A DNA stretch of 63,577 nucleotides, the filler included, from Pelomyxa schiedti (lineage: Eukaryota > Protista > Evosea): assembly GCA_020536535.1 (NCBI GenBank). It is 3 parts of 3 records of this genome, joined end to end, with 100 filler letters (N's around TTAATTAATTAA, not from the genome) between each part and the next. Parts side by side here need not be neighbours in the genome. Positions count along the whole stretch, not along the records: positions 49,898 to 63,577 come from JAHLWZ010001187.1; 2 more parts are not named here. One strand, given 5' to 3'. Every line of letters starts with the position of its first letter. Position 1 is the stretch's first letter. Positions 62,786 through 63,577 of this stretch are shown here, in pieces. Position numbers and translations under genes: made by a program. A model generated the notes under the pieces. That model had not been told where the DNA came from. It did no database searches and saw nothing but the letters and a program-made list of their open reading frames with translations.

Positions 62786-63115
62786 CTAGCTGTTGAGTGC
62801 AACAACACAGTCTGTAACCCACTGTTTGATGGCAAGGGATTCATAACTCAAAGATGTTGAGCTAGCGCCAGCAGCTTGGCCCACCATGCTGATGGCATCC
62901 AGGAAACCTTGGAGGGAGCCTGGCAGGTAGTCATGGTTCTCACACTTGAAAAGCCAATCCTTCATGTGGTGTGAGTGACCAGAGGAGCACATAAGGTGCG
63001 CGTTTCTGCCGATTGACATTGTCCCATTGCAGTTCGCATGAATCCAAGTGAAAGCCTGCCTGCCTGGGCATGCTGGGCACCTTGCAACGAATGGCTTCCA
63101 GTAGGAGGTACTCAT
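62786..63115 (-). CDS. Small Cys/His-rich hypothetical protein (putative zinc-binding)
   Basis: 109-aa ORF with CPAC..WIHANCNG..LMC..H..WLFKCENH. Confidence 0.65.
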   Translation of the reverse strand: MSTSYWKPFVARCPACPGRQAFTWIHANCNGTMSIGRNAHLMCSSGHSHHMKDWLFKCENHDYLPGSLQGFLDAISMVGQAAGASSTSLSYESLAIKQWVTDCVVALNS

Positions 63116-63577
63116 TCTGCTGTTGTTGATTGTAGGCTTGGGAAGTTTTTGCCTTTTGTTGTGTTGGTTTTTGAATGGGTTTATGTTTTCGTGATTTGGT
63201 TCCCTATCTCTCCTGACTAAGTTGGCGTACAGCGCCCTAGTTGATCTTTCTAAGTTGGAGGATGTAAGTGGAGGAAGTTGGTGCCGGTGGTCTTTTTCTA
63301 CCCCTTTTTTTTTCCCTTCTAAGTCAATTGAAAAAATCGAAACACCAACAAAACAAACAAATGAGCAGAAACTGTTGTACTGGCTTCAATACGGGTTTCA
63401 ACACCACGTACAGCACTACTTATGGGGCTCAATACAATAATGGTACTCATAGTGGGGGAGCCCACCGGCAGCAACAAATGTCAAGGAGGGAGGTGACACT
63501 CAAGCAGGACACACAGCATTGCATTAATATCTTTGGGCGAGCAATGTCTGCAATTGAGAGGTTTCCGTTATTTTTAT

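Overview
Gene-dense, intron-rich eukaryotic nuclear DNA. It is most likely an amoebozoan, possibly an Archamoeba such as Pelomyxa. That is inference from a Dictyostelium-type STAT, a Dictyostelium-type snRNA upstream element, a lineage-specific protein family and many short introns with degenerate GT-AG/GC-AG sites. The window joins three contigs with artificial N-TTAATTAATTAA-N linkers (31925-32024, 49798-49897) and has one spurious overlap gap (11840-11939). About 28 protein genes, mostly multi-exon, were reconstructed by hand, so the inner boundaries are approximate. They include UXS1, GT25, SLC5 symporter, TRIM-FN3-SPRY, GT10, transglutaminase-like protein, Rab14, ADP-ribosylglycohydrolase, GH18 chitinase, amidohydrolase-GNAT fusion, isoaspartyl peptidase, FmdE-like protein, CH/coiled-coil protein, GBP/atlastin-like GTPase, RS-E2-LRR-RRM protein, metaxin-like protein, PIP5K, PTP, RBX1, VPS9 fragment, ASPM-like protein, cyclophilin H, STAT and a truncated eIF5. 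There are also two inverted tRNA-Leu(UAG) genes. The most striking signal is outside the ORF track: a complete U1 snRNA (23107-23265) whose normally invariant 5' arm reads AUACAUACCUG instead of AUACUUACCUG. This makes it complementary to GUAUGU donors, which recur in this window's introns. It lies 62 nt downstream of a DUSE-like TCCCATAA element, and the same element precedes a candidate independently transcribed box C/D snoRNA at about 28917-28985.
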